Of a stretch of 64,000 nucleotides of DNA, positions 50,530 to 60,139 are shown piece by piece. The position numbers and the translations under genes are program-made. Each line of letters begins with the position of its first letter. Within the stretch, counting starts at the first letter, position 1. This stretch comes from a bacterium. Its GTDB lineage: Bacteria; Zhuqueibacterota; Zhuqueibacteria; Residuimicrobiales; Krinioviventaceae. The notes under the pieces were generated by a model. It did no database searches and had not been told where the DNA came from. It saw nothing but the letters and a program-made list of their open reading frames with translations. The stretch lies in NCBI GenBank assembly GCA_963675755.2, contig CAXXMD010000002.1, forward strand, positions 1,760,001 through 1,824,000. Reading direction: 5' to 3'.

Positions 50530-51096
50530 ATGCACACAACCGGGAATCCTGATTTTAAAAGAGTAAAAATAAATCAGAATGAAAAAGGTATGCAAATTAT
50601 TGTGCATACAAATAAAAAAATCCCATATATACTTTTTCAAGGGCTTTGGTTGAGCGCCTGGGGGTATGCCTTGTATCAAATGTACCTGGAGTTCATGTCC
50701 ACTGAACTGGATTGGTCTATGACATTAGAGCTCATTTTTGTTTTTATTTGGGCATTTGCTGGCTTTGTATTATTACGCCAGTATCTATGGCTTTTACTTG
50801 GCAGGGAAAAAATAGAGTTTACATTTACTCAGGTGATCTTGAAAACCAGTTTCTGGAATTATATCTTTCCATCGAGTTATGATATGCAAAAGATCCAATC
50901 CATGCGCATTACCCGGACTAGCCGATTAAAAGGAAGAATAAAGATGAAACGGTTTATGAGTATGGGAAGCAACAGGTGTATTGCCTTTAACTATGGAGAC
51001 AAATCCGCTTGTTTCGGCCTTTCGTTGGGACAGGCAGAAGCCAATTATTTATTGGATATCATCAAAAGCAGATATTCAAATTTGGTAGAGTATTAA
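50530..51096 (+). CDS. Two-TM membrane protein, paralog A of a local array
   Basis: ATG at 50530; WLLLGRE and FNYGDK..FGLSL..AEA motifs shared with B-D. Confidence 0.7.
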   Translation: MHTTGNPDFKRVKINQNEKGMQIIVHTNKKIPYILFQGLWLSAWGYALYQMYLEFMSTELDWSMTLELIFVFIWAFAGFVLLRQYLWLLLGREKIEFTFTQVILKTSFWNYIFPSSYDMQKIQSMRITRTSRLKGRIKMKRFMSMGSNRCIAFNYGDKSACFGLSLGQAEANYLLDIIKSRYSNLVEY

Positions 51097-51242
51097 ATAT
51101 AAAAAATCCCGGGGTCATTATGGATCCGGAAAACATTAATCAGTATTTGGGATCGTTGAAATTTCTAATAGTATTCGACCATTGTGCTGTCAGCCGGCAA
51201 ATAAGATAATGAATAAGGAAAATCCCGGTTAACTCAAAAATC

Positions 51243-52217
51243 ATGAAAAATAATTATAAACTCAAAACATGCCCTATTTGTAAATTGATCGTTTTTCAAA
51301 CTGCGGATCATTGTGACTGCGGATATCACTTTGAGACTGGTGAAATTAATAAAGTTTATATTGAAAAACAAAAGATGGAAAAGAAAGAGAATAAAAAATT
51401 TGTAAACCAACTAGTATTTTGTTTTCTTCTAGTCTTTGAAATATCCTTGAGTTTATTCCTTATTCCAATTCAAATGGAATCATATAAAAACATACAACCA
51501 TCCAAAATAGCAGTAGTATTTATCTTTCCAATTTTCCTTGCTTTATTTTTTTTGTTTTTTATAAACATCCTTCATATAATTATAAATATTTATAAAAAAA
51601 ATAGAATGTGGTTTTATTCAACCTTGGTATTGGTAGTAAGTATTTTTATTTTCTATTTACCAAATTACTTATTACCCCAAACACCTTATGAAGAAGTTCG
51701 ATATCAAAAAATTACCAATCAAACAAATGACGAGCGTTTTAATGAATTACTGGCATTATATGAATCCCAATTTCATCCCAAATATATAACCATACTCACA
51801 GAAAAAGAAAATGTTGTTATAGATAATACTGTTATAAATCTGGATTCCTTAACTTTTGGTCCCGTACCTGAATTTGGAATGTTTTACAAGTACTATGAAA
51901 ACGCCAAAATCAACAAAGCAATCAGTTTACAGGCAATATTTAAAGAAAACAAGCTGAATATAAAGGTTGAACAATTTTACAGATTATACGACTTGATGCT
52001 TGAATTAGGGATATCTGATCTCGATGCAAATAAAACCAATCCCGAAATCATCGAGATCATGTGGAACAATTCCGGGTACTCGGGTTCAAGAGGCATCTAT
52101 TACGCAGCAACCATTGATACGACAACTGTCCGGGCTCTGTACGATGATCTCGAAATTATCCGGCAAATCAATCCCAATATGGTATATTTTAAACGAAAAC
52201 CATATGCAATTTTTTAA
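51243..52217 (+). CDS. Hypothetical membrane protein with N-terminal zinc ribbon
   Basis: CPIC...HCDCGYHF, three TMs and a C-terminal soluble domain; AT-rich. Confidence 0.65.
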   Translation: MKNNYKLKTCPICKLIVFQTADHCDCGYHFETGEINKVYIEKQKMEKKENKKFVNQLVFCFLLVFEISLSLFLIPIQMESYKNIQPSKIAVVFIFPIFLALFFLFFINILHIIINIYKKNRMWFYSTLVLVVSIFIFYLPNYLLPQTPYEEVRYQKITNQTNDERFNELLALYESQFHPKYITILTEKENVVIDNTVINLDSLTFGPVPEFGMFYKYYENAKINKAISLQAIFKENKLNIKVEQFYRLYDLMLELGISDLDANKTNPEIIEIMWNNSGYSGSRGIYYAATIDTTTVRALYDDLEIIRQINPNMVYFKRKPYAIF

Positions 52218-52234
52218 TCTTTTAGGGGAAAAGC

Positions 52235-52807
52235 ATGTCAATCACCTCCAGTCACAGAAAACCGCGCTACAAAATCGAACATGGCGCAATGGGTATGGAT
52301 ATTTCTATTCCGTCGAGAAAAGAAATATGGGGGACATTGTTTTTATTGGCCTGGCTTGTTGGTTGGTTCTTTGGTGAGGCTGAAGCAATCCGTTTATATC
52401 TGGATAACACATCTGGCTACATCAATGATTCCTTATTTTTCCTTGCACCCTGGACACTGGGCGGAATAAGTGTAATTCTTTACATCTTGTGGATTGTTGT
52501 AGGAGAAGAGTATATTCATATCAAACAAGACGAGATTGTGCTTGAAAAAAACTTTTGGCAATACCTGTTTCCAAGGCATTATCCCCTTTCTGAAATACGG
52601 AACATGCGTACCGAAAGAATGGATAACATATCTTCCCAAAAGAACAATTTTTCATTTAATATTAACAACCGTGAAACCAAGAGGTGTATAATCTTTGATA
52701 TAGGATACAAGACAGATAAATTCGGTAATATGATGGACCGCGCCGAAGCTAATGCGTTACTACAAGAGATCCAAACCCGGTTCCCGGAGATTGTGTATCA
52801 TGATTAA
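52235..52807 (+). CDS. Two-TM membrane protein, paralog B
   Basis: RYKIE..G..I.IP, WIVVGEE, FDIGYK..FG..AEA, RFP. Confidence 0.75.
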   Translation: MSITSSHRKPRYKIEHGAMGMDISIPSRKEIWGTLFLLAWLVGWFFGEAEAIRLYLDNTSGYINDSLFFLAPWTLGGISVILYILWIVVGEEYIHIKQDEIVLEKNFWQYLFPRHYPLSEIRNMRTERMDNISSQKNNFSFNINNRETKRCIIFDIGYKTDKFGNMMDRAEANALLQEIQTRFPEIVYHD

Positions 52808-53402
52808 CACAGGAACAGAAACGACTGAAAAGAATAAACGTCCCAAAACCCGGTACAAAATCGAACAAGATGCAGATGGATTCAGAATTGTTATTCCTGC
52901 AAAAAAATACCCTCTATTATTTATTTTTACCATCAGCGTTCTTCTGATACTGTTATATTGTCCGGTTACACTTGTTAGGGGTACTGAAAGCTTGACAGAA
53001 AATCAATATCAAAACTTTTTAATTATCCTGTTATGGTCAAGCGCAATATTATATACAGCCATAAGAGTTCTTTGGTACTTGTTCGGGCGGGAGATTATAA
53101 AAATCCATTTTGATTATTTAACTGTTATGAATAAATTATTCATCTGTTACAGTTCAAATAAATATTTATTACAAAACATCAAAAATATGAAAATATCTCA
53201 AAAAATCATCAAAATCGACTATGCTCATGATTTTTGGAAATATGCATTTGAAGAAGAAATACAACATTACATTGAATTCGAGTACAAAGATAAATCAATT
53301 TTATTGGGACTAGAGTTAACAGACAATGAAATAGATCCGTTTTTAAAAGAAATCAGTGCAAGATATCCCAATCTAGTAGATATAAAATGGCACAGACATT
53401 AA
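52800..53402 (+). CDS. Two-TM membrane protein, paralog C
   Basis: ATG at 52800 overlaps the end of paralog B; RYKIE, WYLFGRE, IKNMKISQK, FEYKDK, RYP. Confidence 0.72.
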   Translation: MINTGTETTEKNKRPKTRYKIEQDADGFRIVIPAKKYPLLFIFTISVLLILLYCPVTLVRGTESLTENQYQNFLIILLWSSAILYTAIRVLWYLFGREIIKIHFDYLTVMNKLFICYSSNKYLLQNIKNMKISQKIIKIDYAHDFWKYAFEEEIQHYIEFEYKDKSILLGLELTDNEIDPFLKEISARYPNLVDIKWHRH

Positions 53403-53467
53403 ATTAAATAATTGATATCAACATTACTCATTACAATATGCCAGATACAAGACTGAACGAAAAAATT

Positions 53468-54155
53468 TACTCCGTCCGAAACAGGAGTTTCGGACGGAAA
53501 TGAAAGGATAAACTCTGTTTATCCCTTTCAATAAAATAAAGTAAATGGGGGAAAATCAATGAGAAGCAGATATAAATTCAATGAATCTGAAGGAATGTAT
53601 TTTGTAACTTCCACTATAGTAGAATGGATTCCCATATTTACATCTCTTCCCTATTTCAATATAATAATAGATTCATTGAATTATTGCATTACTCATAAAA
53701 ATCTCTTATTATTTGCATATGTTATAATGGATAATCATCTACATTTGATAGTACAGGGTGAAAATATAGATAAAACCTTACAATCATTCAAAATGTACAC
53801 TGCTACACAAATCATAAAACAACTCGAAATAGACAATAAACACTGGCTTTTAAATGAATTAAAGTTCAACAAACTCAAACATAAAAGCAAAAGTACTTTT
53901 CAGGTTTGGCAGGAAAGCAGCCATCCACAACAAATTGATCATTACGATATGATGGTACAGAAATTAGAATATATTCACAACAATCCGGTCAAACGCGGAT
54001 TTGTTGAACAACCTGAACACTGGTGTTTCAGCTCTGCCAGAAATTATATTTTAAATATGAATGATATTATCAAAATTGAATTGCTTGATTTGTATTATAC
54101 ATAAACAGAGTTTATGTGATCAATTCCGTCCCAAACTGGAGTTTGGGACGGAGTA
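53468..54155 (+). mobile_element. RAYT cassette flanked by inverted bipartite REPs
   Basis: Left: TACTCCGTCCGAAACAGGAGTTTCGGACGG plus GATAAACTCTGTTTATC. Right (inverted): ACATAAACAGAGTTTATGT plus TTCCGTCCCAAACTGGAGTTTGGGACGGAGTA. Confidence 0.8.
53559..54104 (+). CDS. rayT: REP-associated tyrosine transposase (HUH Y1, IS200-like superfamily)
   Basis: YFVT, YVIMDNHLHLI (HUH), WQ, YIHNNPVKRG (catalytic Tyr), W.FSSA. Confidence 0.9.
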   Translation: MRSRYKFNESEGMYFVTSTIVEWIPIFTSLPYFNIIIDSLNYCITHKNLLLFAYVIMDNHLHLIVQGENIDKTLQSFKMYTATQIIKQLEIDNKHWLLNELKFNKLKHKSKSTFQVWQESSHPQQIDHYDMMVQKLEYIHNNPVKRGFVEQPEHWCFSSARNYILNMNDIIKIELLDLYYT

Positions 54156-54199
54156 AAAATTATTGGATGGGATAGCGTTTTAGGGAACCAACAAAACAT

Positions 54200-54361
54200 T
54201 ACTCGTACCCAAACTCCTGTTTGGGTACGCAATGACTAGATAAACTCTGTTTATCACTTTAAAAATCTAAAAGAGAAAAAAAGTGCTTGATGAGTATTTC
54301 ACATAAACAGAGTTTATATGATCAGTTCCGTCCGATCCGCCAGTTGGCGGATGGGACGGAG
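54200..54361 (+). mobile_element. Non-autonomous, internally deleted copy of the RAYT cassette
   Basis: Same left REP pair (54200-54255) and right REP pair (54301-54361). The spacer retains the RAYT 3' end: VLDEYFT* at 54283 versus LLDLYYT*. Confidence 0.75.
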
Positions 54362-54395
54362 CATCAGGATAGAGTATTAAGGAAACCAACAAAAC

Positions 54396-54950
54396 ATGAT
54401 AAAAAAACCTAAATACACACTGGAAGAAGGCCCGCAGGGGATTGAAATATCAATACCAATCTACAAAGAACCCCGGGATATTATTATTCAAATTATTCAT
54501 CTGAGTGTTTTAATGTACTGTGATATTGTATTATTACTAAATCCTGAAATTGAAATCTCGTTTGATAATGTTTTCACTCTCTTTCCCTTTATTATTATTT
54601 TATTTTATATTATCTGCATCATATTACTGATTGGAATAATTTGGAGATTCATTGGTAAAGAGTTTATCATTATATACCAGGACCAACTGATCATAGAAAA
54701 CAGTTTATGGAGTTATCTCTTTTCAAAAAAATATATTTTGCATAAAGTTAAAAATATGAAAATCTCCCAAAAACCACAAACTCTGTGGCGATTTCCATTT
54801 CTCCAATTTTACAGGCATATAGAAACAAAATGCTTGGAATTTGACTATTACTATAGCAAAGTAACATTTGCAGACGGTTTGGATATTAGAAACCAGAAAA
54901 ATCTATTAAAGGAAATTAAAAACAGGTTCCCGGACCTGGTACAACAATAA
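54396..54950 (+). CDS. Two-TM membrane protein, paralog D
   Basis: PKYTLE..GIEISIP, WRFIGKE, VKNMKISQK, FDYYYSK, RFP. Confidence 0.72.
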   Translation: MIKKPKYTLEEGPQGIEISIPIYKEPRDIIIQIIHLSVLMYCDIVLLLNPEIEISFDNVFTLFPFIIILFYIICIILLIGIIWRFIGKEFIIIYQDQLIIENSLWSYLFSKKYILHKVKNMKISQKPQTLWRFPFLQFYRHIETKCLEFDYYYSKVTFADGLDIRNQKNLLKEIKNRFPDLVQQ

Positions 54951-54965
54951 AAAAAAGGTGAAAAA

Positions 54966-56063
54966 ATGCAAGTAAACAAGCTCAATTCATTTCTGATCAC
55001 TACAATCATCATCTCTGTTCTGGTAACATGCCCGCTCTGGGGACAACCAAAGAGAGATTTTACAAAATATGACCTGCTGACCCTGGCCCATCCTGCCGTC
55101 ATGGTAAACGGGCTTCCGGGTTGGGACGCGGACAAGAAACTCTACCGTCTGCCACTAAAGATGGAAGGCAACATCCGGGACAAACTGTGGAATCTGGGTA
55201 CCCAGCCATCGGGCGGGCGTGTACGCTTTCACAGTACCACTACTGTGCTGGGCATTGTTGCGCATGGCAACGGTCCTGCTACTCCCCATCACATGACCAG
55301 CATTATGAAAAACGGCATAGATGTATATGTGAATGACCAGTACGCCGGCAGCGCCTGGCCGGACAAAACAGGCAAGGTCACAAGGCTTATTTATCTCCAT
55401 CCGGATGAACCAGAGAATGATATAACCATTTATCTGCCTCTTTACGGTACTATTGAAATCGACAGCATCTTTGTGGACAAGGGAGCTGAAATCTCTGCCC
55501 CTACCGATCTCAAGGACAAGCCGCCCATTATCTATTACGGCTCCAGCATTACCCAGGGTGGATGCGCGTCTAATCCCGGCGCCAGCTATCAGGCGTTTAT
55601 TGGCCGTGAAAACCATATCGATTTTATCAATTTGGGATTCAGTGGAAACGGCATTGGCGATATCGAGATTGCACAATTTATCAGCGAGTTGGATGCCTCT
55701 ATGATCGTTCTGGACCACTGGGCCAATCCCAAACTGGATGTCTACAAAAAGACCATGGCGCCCTTTGTTGAGGCCATTCGATCAACACACAAGGAAACGC
55801 CAATACTATTGATCAGTCCTTTTTTCAGCACACACGATGATTCGATACACGCAGGCAAACGTGAATTTGCCATGGAATTTGTAGAATCCGCTCGTGCTGC
55901 CGGAGATAAAAACATTTACTTTTTTGATGGCACCAACATGTTTTCAAAAGAACATGCCTACGGCGCAGTAGATGGAGAGCACCTCAATTCTCTGGGATTC
56001 TGGTTTTGCGCGCAGGGTCTGGCACCGGAGATTGACAGGATATTGGCGATAAAACCGGAATAA
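54966..56063 (+). CDS. SGNH/GDSL-family hydrolase with N-terminal accessory domain
   Basis: SGGRVRF; YYGSSITQG, NLGFSGNG, DGEH (DxxH); signal peptide. Confidence 0.85.
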   Translation: MQVNKLNSFLITTIIISVLVTCPLWGQPKRDFTKYDLLTLAHPAVMVNGLPGWDADKKLYRLPLKMEGNIRDKLWNLGTQPSGGRVRFHSTTTVLGIVAHGNGPATPHHMTSIMKNGIDVYVNDQYAGSAWPDKTGKVTRLIYLHPDEPENDITIYLPLYGTIEIDSIFVDKGAEISAPTDLKDKPPIIYYGSSITQGGCASNPGASYQAFIGRENHIDFINLGFSGNGIGDIEIAQFISELDASMIVLDHWANPKLDVYKKTMAPFVEAIRSTHKETPILLISPFFSTHDDSIHAGKREFAMEFVESARAAGDKNIYFFDGTNMFSKEHAYGAVDGEHLNSLGFWFCAQGLAPEIDRILAIKPE

Positions 56064-56368
56064 ATAGATTGATCGGATGTCCTTTTAAAGACAAAACGCA
56101 GAGGCAGCAGAGACAACGCAGAGCGCAATGAAAAACAAATTCTCCTGAAAAAGGATCAAACCGAAATTATCATTATAAAAGCCATCAATGGATTCAAAAG
56201 AAAATCAATCCAGCTATGAACCTTCTTCCTCTGCGTTTTGCTTTCTAGTATGGAATTCGAATTACCACTAACAAATCCTACAAAAACTAAAATCTTAAAT
56301 TATCATTTTTCCCTTGCATTGCATCCATCTCCTCAATATCTTGAAATAACCAACCAGGAGGAGTTATC

Positions 56369-56854
56369 ATGTCAAGATTTATCAGTTTTATTGTTATTTC
56401 TCTATTCATCCTTCCCCTCAGTCTATTGGCAGCCGATAAAGGTACAGAATTCAACGGTACCTGGAACATTAACAAAGATAAAAGCAATCTACCCGCAGAA
56501 CAGATGTACATGAACAAAATCAAGATCGACATAAACAATGACAGCCTGCACACCACCCGCACCTATTACAACAATTGGGAAGAATATCCCTTTGACGAAA
56601 GCGTAAAAATTGGTGGACCGGAAGTTAAACATTACATTTATGATATGCCCAGAACAGCTAAAGCATATTGGGCAAACGACAACTTTTTGACCATAGAATC
56701 CACTACAACATTTTATGGTGACAACGGAGAGTTTAATTTCATTAATACAGAAACATGGTCTATCGATGACGATAATGATTTGGCAATCAGCTTTAAAAAC
56801 AACTCTCCCCGAGGTGACAGCACAGGTACCTGGTATTATCAAAAATCACAATAA
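56369..56854 (+). CDS. Secreted hypothetical protein (lipocalin-like beta protein)
   Basis: AGGAGGAG RBS; signal peptide; FNGTWNINKDKS start of the mature domain. Confidence 0.7.
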   Translation: MSRFISFIVISLFILPLSLLAADKGTEFNGTWNINKDKSNLPAEQMYMNKIKIDINNDSLHTTRTYYNNWEEYPFDESVKIGGPEVKHYIYDMPRTAKAYWANDNFLTIESTTTFYGDNGEFNFINTETWSIDDDNDLAISFKNNSPRGDSTGTWYYQKSQ

Positions 56855-56920
56855 TTTATTTAAATGGAACATATAGGTGTTAAATTTATTAAATATAGCA
56901 GACAAACTGCGGAGTTGAAA

Positions 56921-57691
56921 ATGAATAAAAAAATGATAACAACTGCAGGTATGCTACTCTTTTTTATTATAGCATCAGCCTGGGGACAGGAATTTACTGT
57001 GGAAGCAGTATCAAACGAGACAGCAGATGCTCTGGATATTGAAGCCGTTGCAGACCTGTTTGCCGAAACCGAGAGCCTGGAGGATTTTGAACTGGCTCTG
57101 AATGATGCCGACCGGGGCATTAACAATCTGGATCTGGACGATGACGGATATGTGGATTATCTTGTAGTCAATGAAGAGGTAAATGACAACACCCACCTTG
57201 TAGTAATACAAGCACTTTTGGGAGAGAATGAAATTCAGGATGTTGCAGTCATTGAAATTGAACAAACCGGTGAAAATGAATACAACATGTATGTACAGGG
57301 AGATGAAACCTTGTACGGACCTGATTTTTATTACATCCCGGCTACTACCCATATTTACACGTGGCCAATCGTAATCAGATTGTACAGACCTGCTTATAAA
57401 CCATATCGCACAGTTTATTATTATGGACATTATCACCCAACATGGAAAGCCTACAAGCCTGTTCCCCCTAGAGCTTATCATATGAAAACAGCGAAAATAA
57501 AAAGGCATGTATTTGTAAGACACAATGCCAAGGTCATTCATACAAATAAAATCAAACGTGAGGTCAAAAGATCGGAAAGAGTTAAAGCACAGAAAACAGT
57601 CCGGGCTGAAAAACCGGTAAAAACAAGAACCAAATCAACTCCCAAATCACCATCCACACCTCAAAAACAGCGCGATACCAACAGACGATAA
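56921..57691 (+). CDS. Secreted hypothetical protein with EF-hand-like motif and basic low-complexity tail
   Basis: NNLDLDDDGYVDYL; acidic N-domain; Lys/Arg/Pro-rich C-terminus; ATG after GGAG. Confidence 0.7.
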   Translation: MNKKMITTAGMLLFFIIASAWGQEFTVEAVSNETADALDIEAVADLFAETESLEDFELALNDADRGINNLDLDDDGYVDYLVVNEEVNDNTHLVVIQALLGENEIQDVAVIEIEQTGENEYNMYVQGDETLYGPDFYYIPATTHIYTWPIVIRLYRPAYKPYRTVYYYGHYHPTWKAYKPVPPRAYHMKTAKIKRHVFVRHNAKVIHTNKIKREVKRSERVKAQKTVRAEKPVKTRTKSTPKSPSTPQKQRDTNRR

Positions 57692-57709
57692 CCGGATTTC
57701 GTTATCAGA

Positions 57710-59347
57710 ATGCGAATTTTAAATCACAATATATTCCTGTTGCTGCTCAGCATGCTATCCACATTGCGGGCAGCAACATTTATCGTTGACACGCAACACC
57801 CTCAAGCGGATGATACAAATCCCGGTACGCTTTTGCTTCCCTGGACTACTATTTCTCATGCTGCTGAAACCGCAGTTGCAGGAGATTCGGTTTTGATACG
57901 TTCCGGCACCTATCATGAGCATATTGTTTTTGCGAACAACGGCTCTGTGGAAAACGGTTCCATCGTTTTTTCCGGATTTCAGAACGAGATCCCACTCATT
58001 GACGGAACTGATGTTCAGGAATCACAAAACGGCATCATAATTGACAAGGATTATATTGTGCTTCAGGGACTGGAGATTCAAAACTGGCAGGGTAACGGCA
58101 TCTGGATTACCAACGCCGCAAATACAATACTGAATGACTGCGAAGTGCATGATATAACGTTTGGTATAGGCGTGTCTGATGGATCACACGATTTTCAGTT
58201 CAACCGGGTTGAGGCGCACCATTTTACTTTTTACGGATTTGATGTCTCTCCTTCCGGTGGTGCGGACTGTTACAATGGCACATTTAACAACTGTATTTCG
58301 CACACCGGTAACGATCCCGAGCAGAATGTAGACGGATTTGCCCTTGGGCATGGATCTCAACATCATTTCACCTTTAACCACTGCATTACCTATGACGTGT
58401 ATGACGGTTTTGATATCAGTTCCGGGCAATCCACGTTAAATGCATGCCTGGCTTATAACTGTGGTAATGGTTGCTATAAATTGTGGCAGGACCAGCTAGA
58501 GCTTATCAACTGCATCGGATTCAATGGCAATATCACTGTGGTGGAACTGGACTGGGACGGTGAACCGGGCAAGAGTTTGCTTACCAATTGTACTTTTTAC
58601 AACAGCGGCACATTTACCATTTGGATCGAAAACGCGGCAGATACTTTAAACATGCACAATTGCATTATTGCCGGTGGAGATAACATCGGGCTGGCATTTG
58701 AACAGCCGGGCATTGGCAATTATATTGGGGATTATAATCTGTTCCAGAATGATAATCCCTCTCGCGCCATTGCTGTTGCGTATTCGGACGAGTTTAGTAT
58801 CAACCAATTGGCAGATGGAGCCTGGAACAGCTATAGCGGTCAGGATGCCCATTCACTCACCACGGAAATGGATACAGACATATTTATAGCCTCGGCAGGC
58901 AATGATCTGCATTTAACGGCAAACTCTCCCGCTCTTGATAGCGGAACCTCTGTGGGTGCACCGGCAATCGATTTTGATGGAAAAGCCCGTCCCGCAGGAA
59001 ACGGATACGATATGGGAGCATTCGAGTATGGCTTGTCAACCGGAATAAAAAAAACAGATAATACTACAGACCATTTTGGCCTGCGTGGTAATTTTCCCAA
59101 TCCCTTTAACGCGACTACCCGGATCCAATTTAACCTGCCCAAGTCGAAACAGGTACAATTGAACCTATACAACATTCAGGGCAACAAAGTCAGAACGTTA
59201 ATCAATAAGCAGCTCACCGCCGGGCAGCATACAATTCAGTGGAATGGGCTGGACGATCAGGGGAACCCCGTTGCAAGCGGAATTTATTTCTGTAAACTCG
59301 AATGGGCCAAGGAACAACAGGTTATCAGGATGATACTTGAAAAGTGA
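57710..59347 (+). CDS. Right-handed beta-helix protein with choice-of-anchor-Q-like region and T9SS/FlgD-like CTD
   Basis: NPGT...PWTTI..A...AGD.V.IRSGTY; DLHL...SPALDSG...DMGAFE; NFPNPFN...WNG.D..G..VASGIY. Confidence 0.82.
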   Translation: MRILNHNIFLLLLSMLSTLRAATFIVDTQHPQADDTNPGTLLLPWTTISHAAETAVAGDSVLIRSGTYHEHIVFANNGSVENGSIVFSGFQNEIPLIDGTDVQESQNGIIIDKDYIVLQGLEIQNWQGNGIWITNAANTILNDCEVHDITFGIGVSDGSHDFQFNRVEAHHFTFYGFDVSPSGGADCYNGTFNNCISHTGNDPEQNVDGFALGHGSQHHFTFNHCITYDVYDGFDISSGQSTLNACLAYNCGNGCYKLWQDQLELINCIGFNGNITVVELDWDGEPGKSLLTNCTFYNSGTFTIWIENAADTLNMHNCIIAGGDNIGLAFEQPGIGNYIGDYNLFQNDNPSRAIAVAYSDEFSINQLADGAWNSYSGQDAHSLTTEMDTDIFIASAGNDLHLTANSPALDSGTSVGAPAIDFDGKARPAGNGYDMGAFEYGLSTGIKKTDNTTDHFGLRGNFPNPFNATTRIQFNLPKSKQVQLNLYNIQGNKVRTLINKQLTAGQHTIQWNGLDDQGNPVASGIYFCKLEWAKEQQVIRMILEK

Positions 59348-59456
59348 GACCATGCTGATAGCTATTAGCTAAAAGCTATCAGCTTTTAACAAATTCCCAG
59401 CCTTCAGTTTTAATAACTTGTAATATTCATCAATCATTTTCATTATAAATTTAAAT

Positions 59457-59484
59457 AAAAAAAGCCCGGCATCTCTACCGGGCT
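59457..59484 (-). terminator. Terminator of the ECF operon
   Basis: A-tract followed by AGCCCGG...CCGGGCT stem on the + strand. Confidence 0.7.
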
Positions 59485-59528
59485 AATATAATTGTCTGAT
59501 TACTGAGTACTGAAAACTGATCACCTGC

Positions 59529-60119
59529 CTACCATCTCAATGAATCTGTTTCTCCCAGCAGTTCGTTCAAGCGTCGTTCAATAATCAGGGTCTTTTGCTC
59601 TTTGCGTTCCGAAACCATTTCACGGAGTTTGGTCAGTTCTTTTTCCAGACGTTCAATTTTACGTTCTTTGTCTGCTTCACGCAGAACAAACAACTCGTTT
59701 AAAAGACCCTGCAATTCCGAACGGATTTCTTTTTTGCGCGTATCGTCTTCACTTTTACGGAATTCGCGGGACAGTGTACGGCACTGTTTTTCAAGCTCGC
59801 TCTTGCGCTTTTGCTCTTCGTATTGCTCAGGATCGCGTTCTTTGAGCAGGTTCCATCTGTTCATTTCATTTTCCAGCCTGAACAGTTCCAGTTCATAACG
59901 TTCGGGACGGCGTTCCCGCAACAGCATGAGTTCATCATACATGTCTTCACTTTCTTTGGCATATTCCAGCACTTCATCCTCGTTAACCTCAATCTCCCGA
60001 ACCTTGTCTGCTGATTTTACTTTTTCTTTAACTTTTACCGGTTCGGGTTGCGGCTGTGCAAAGACGAGAGAAACAGAAAGCAAAGCCAGCATTGTCCCTA
60101 AAATTAATGTTTTTTTCAT
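59529..60119 (-). CDS. Periplasmic charged helical protein (Spy/CpxP-like position in an ECF operon)
   Basis: Signal peptide; Glu/Arg/Leu coiled coil; third gene of the sigma/anti-sigma operon. Confidence 0.65.
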   Translation of the reverse strand: MKKTLILGTMLALLSVSLVFAQPQPEPVKVKEKVKSADKVREIEVNEDEVLEYAKESEDMYDELMLLRERRPERYELELFRLENEMNRWNLLKERDPEQYEEQKRKSELEKQCRTLSREFRKSEDDTRKKEIRSELQGLLNELFVLREADKERKIERLEKELTKLREMVSERKEQKTLIIERRLNELLGETDSLRW

Positions 60120-60139
60120 GGTGTTCTCCTGTATGTTAT

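Noticed and set aside
51009-51209. 66-aa ORF within the paralog array
   Set aside because: Overlaps paralog A out of frame and has no similarity to the array genes.
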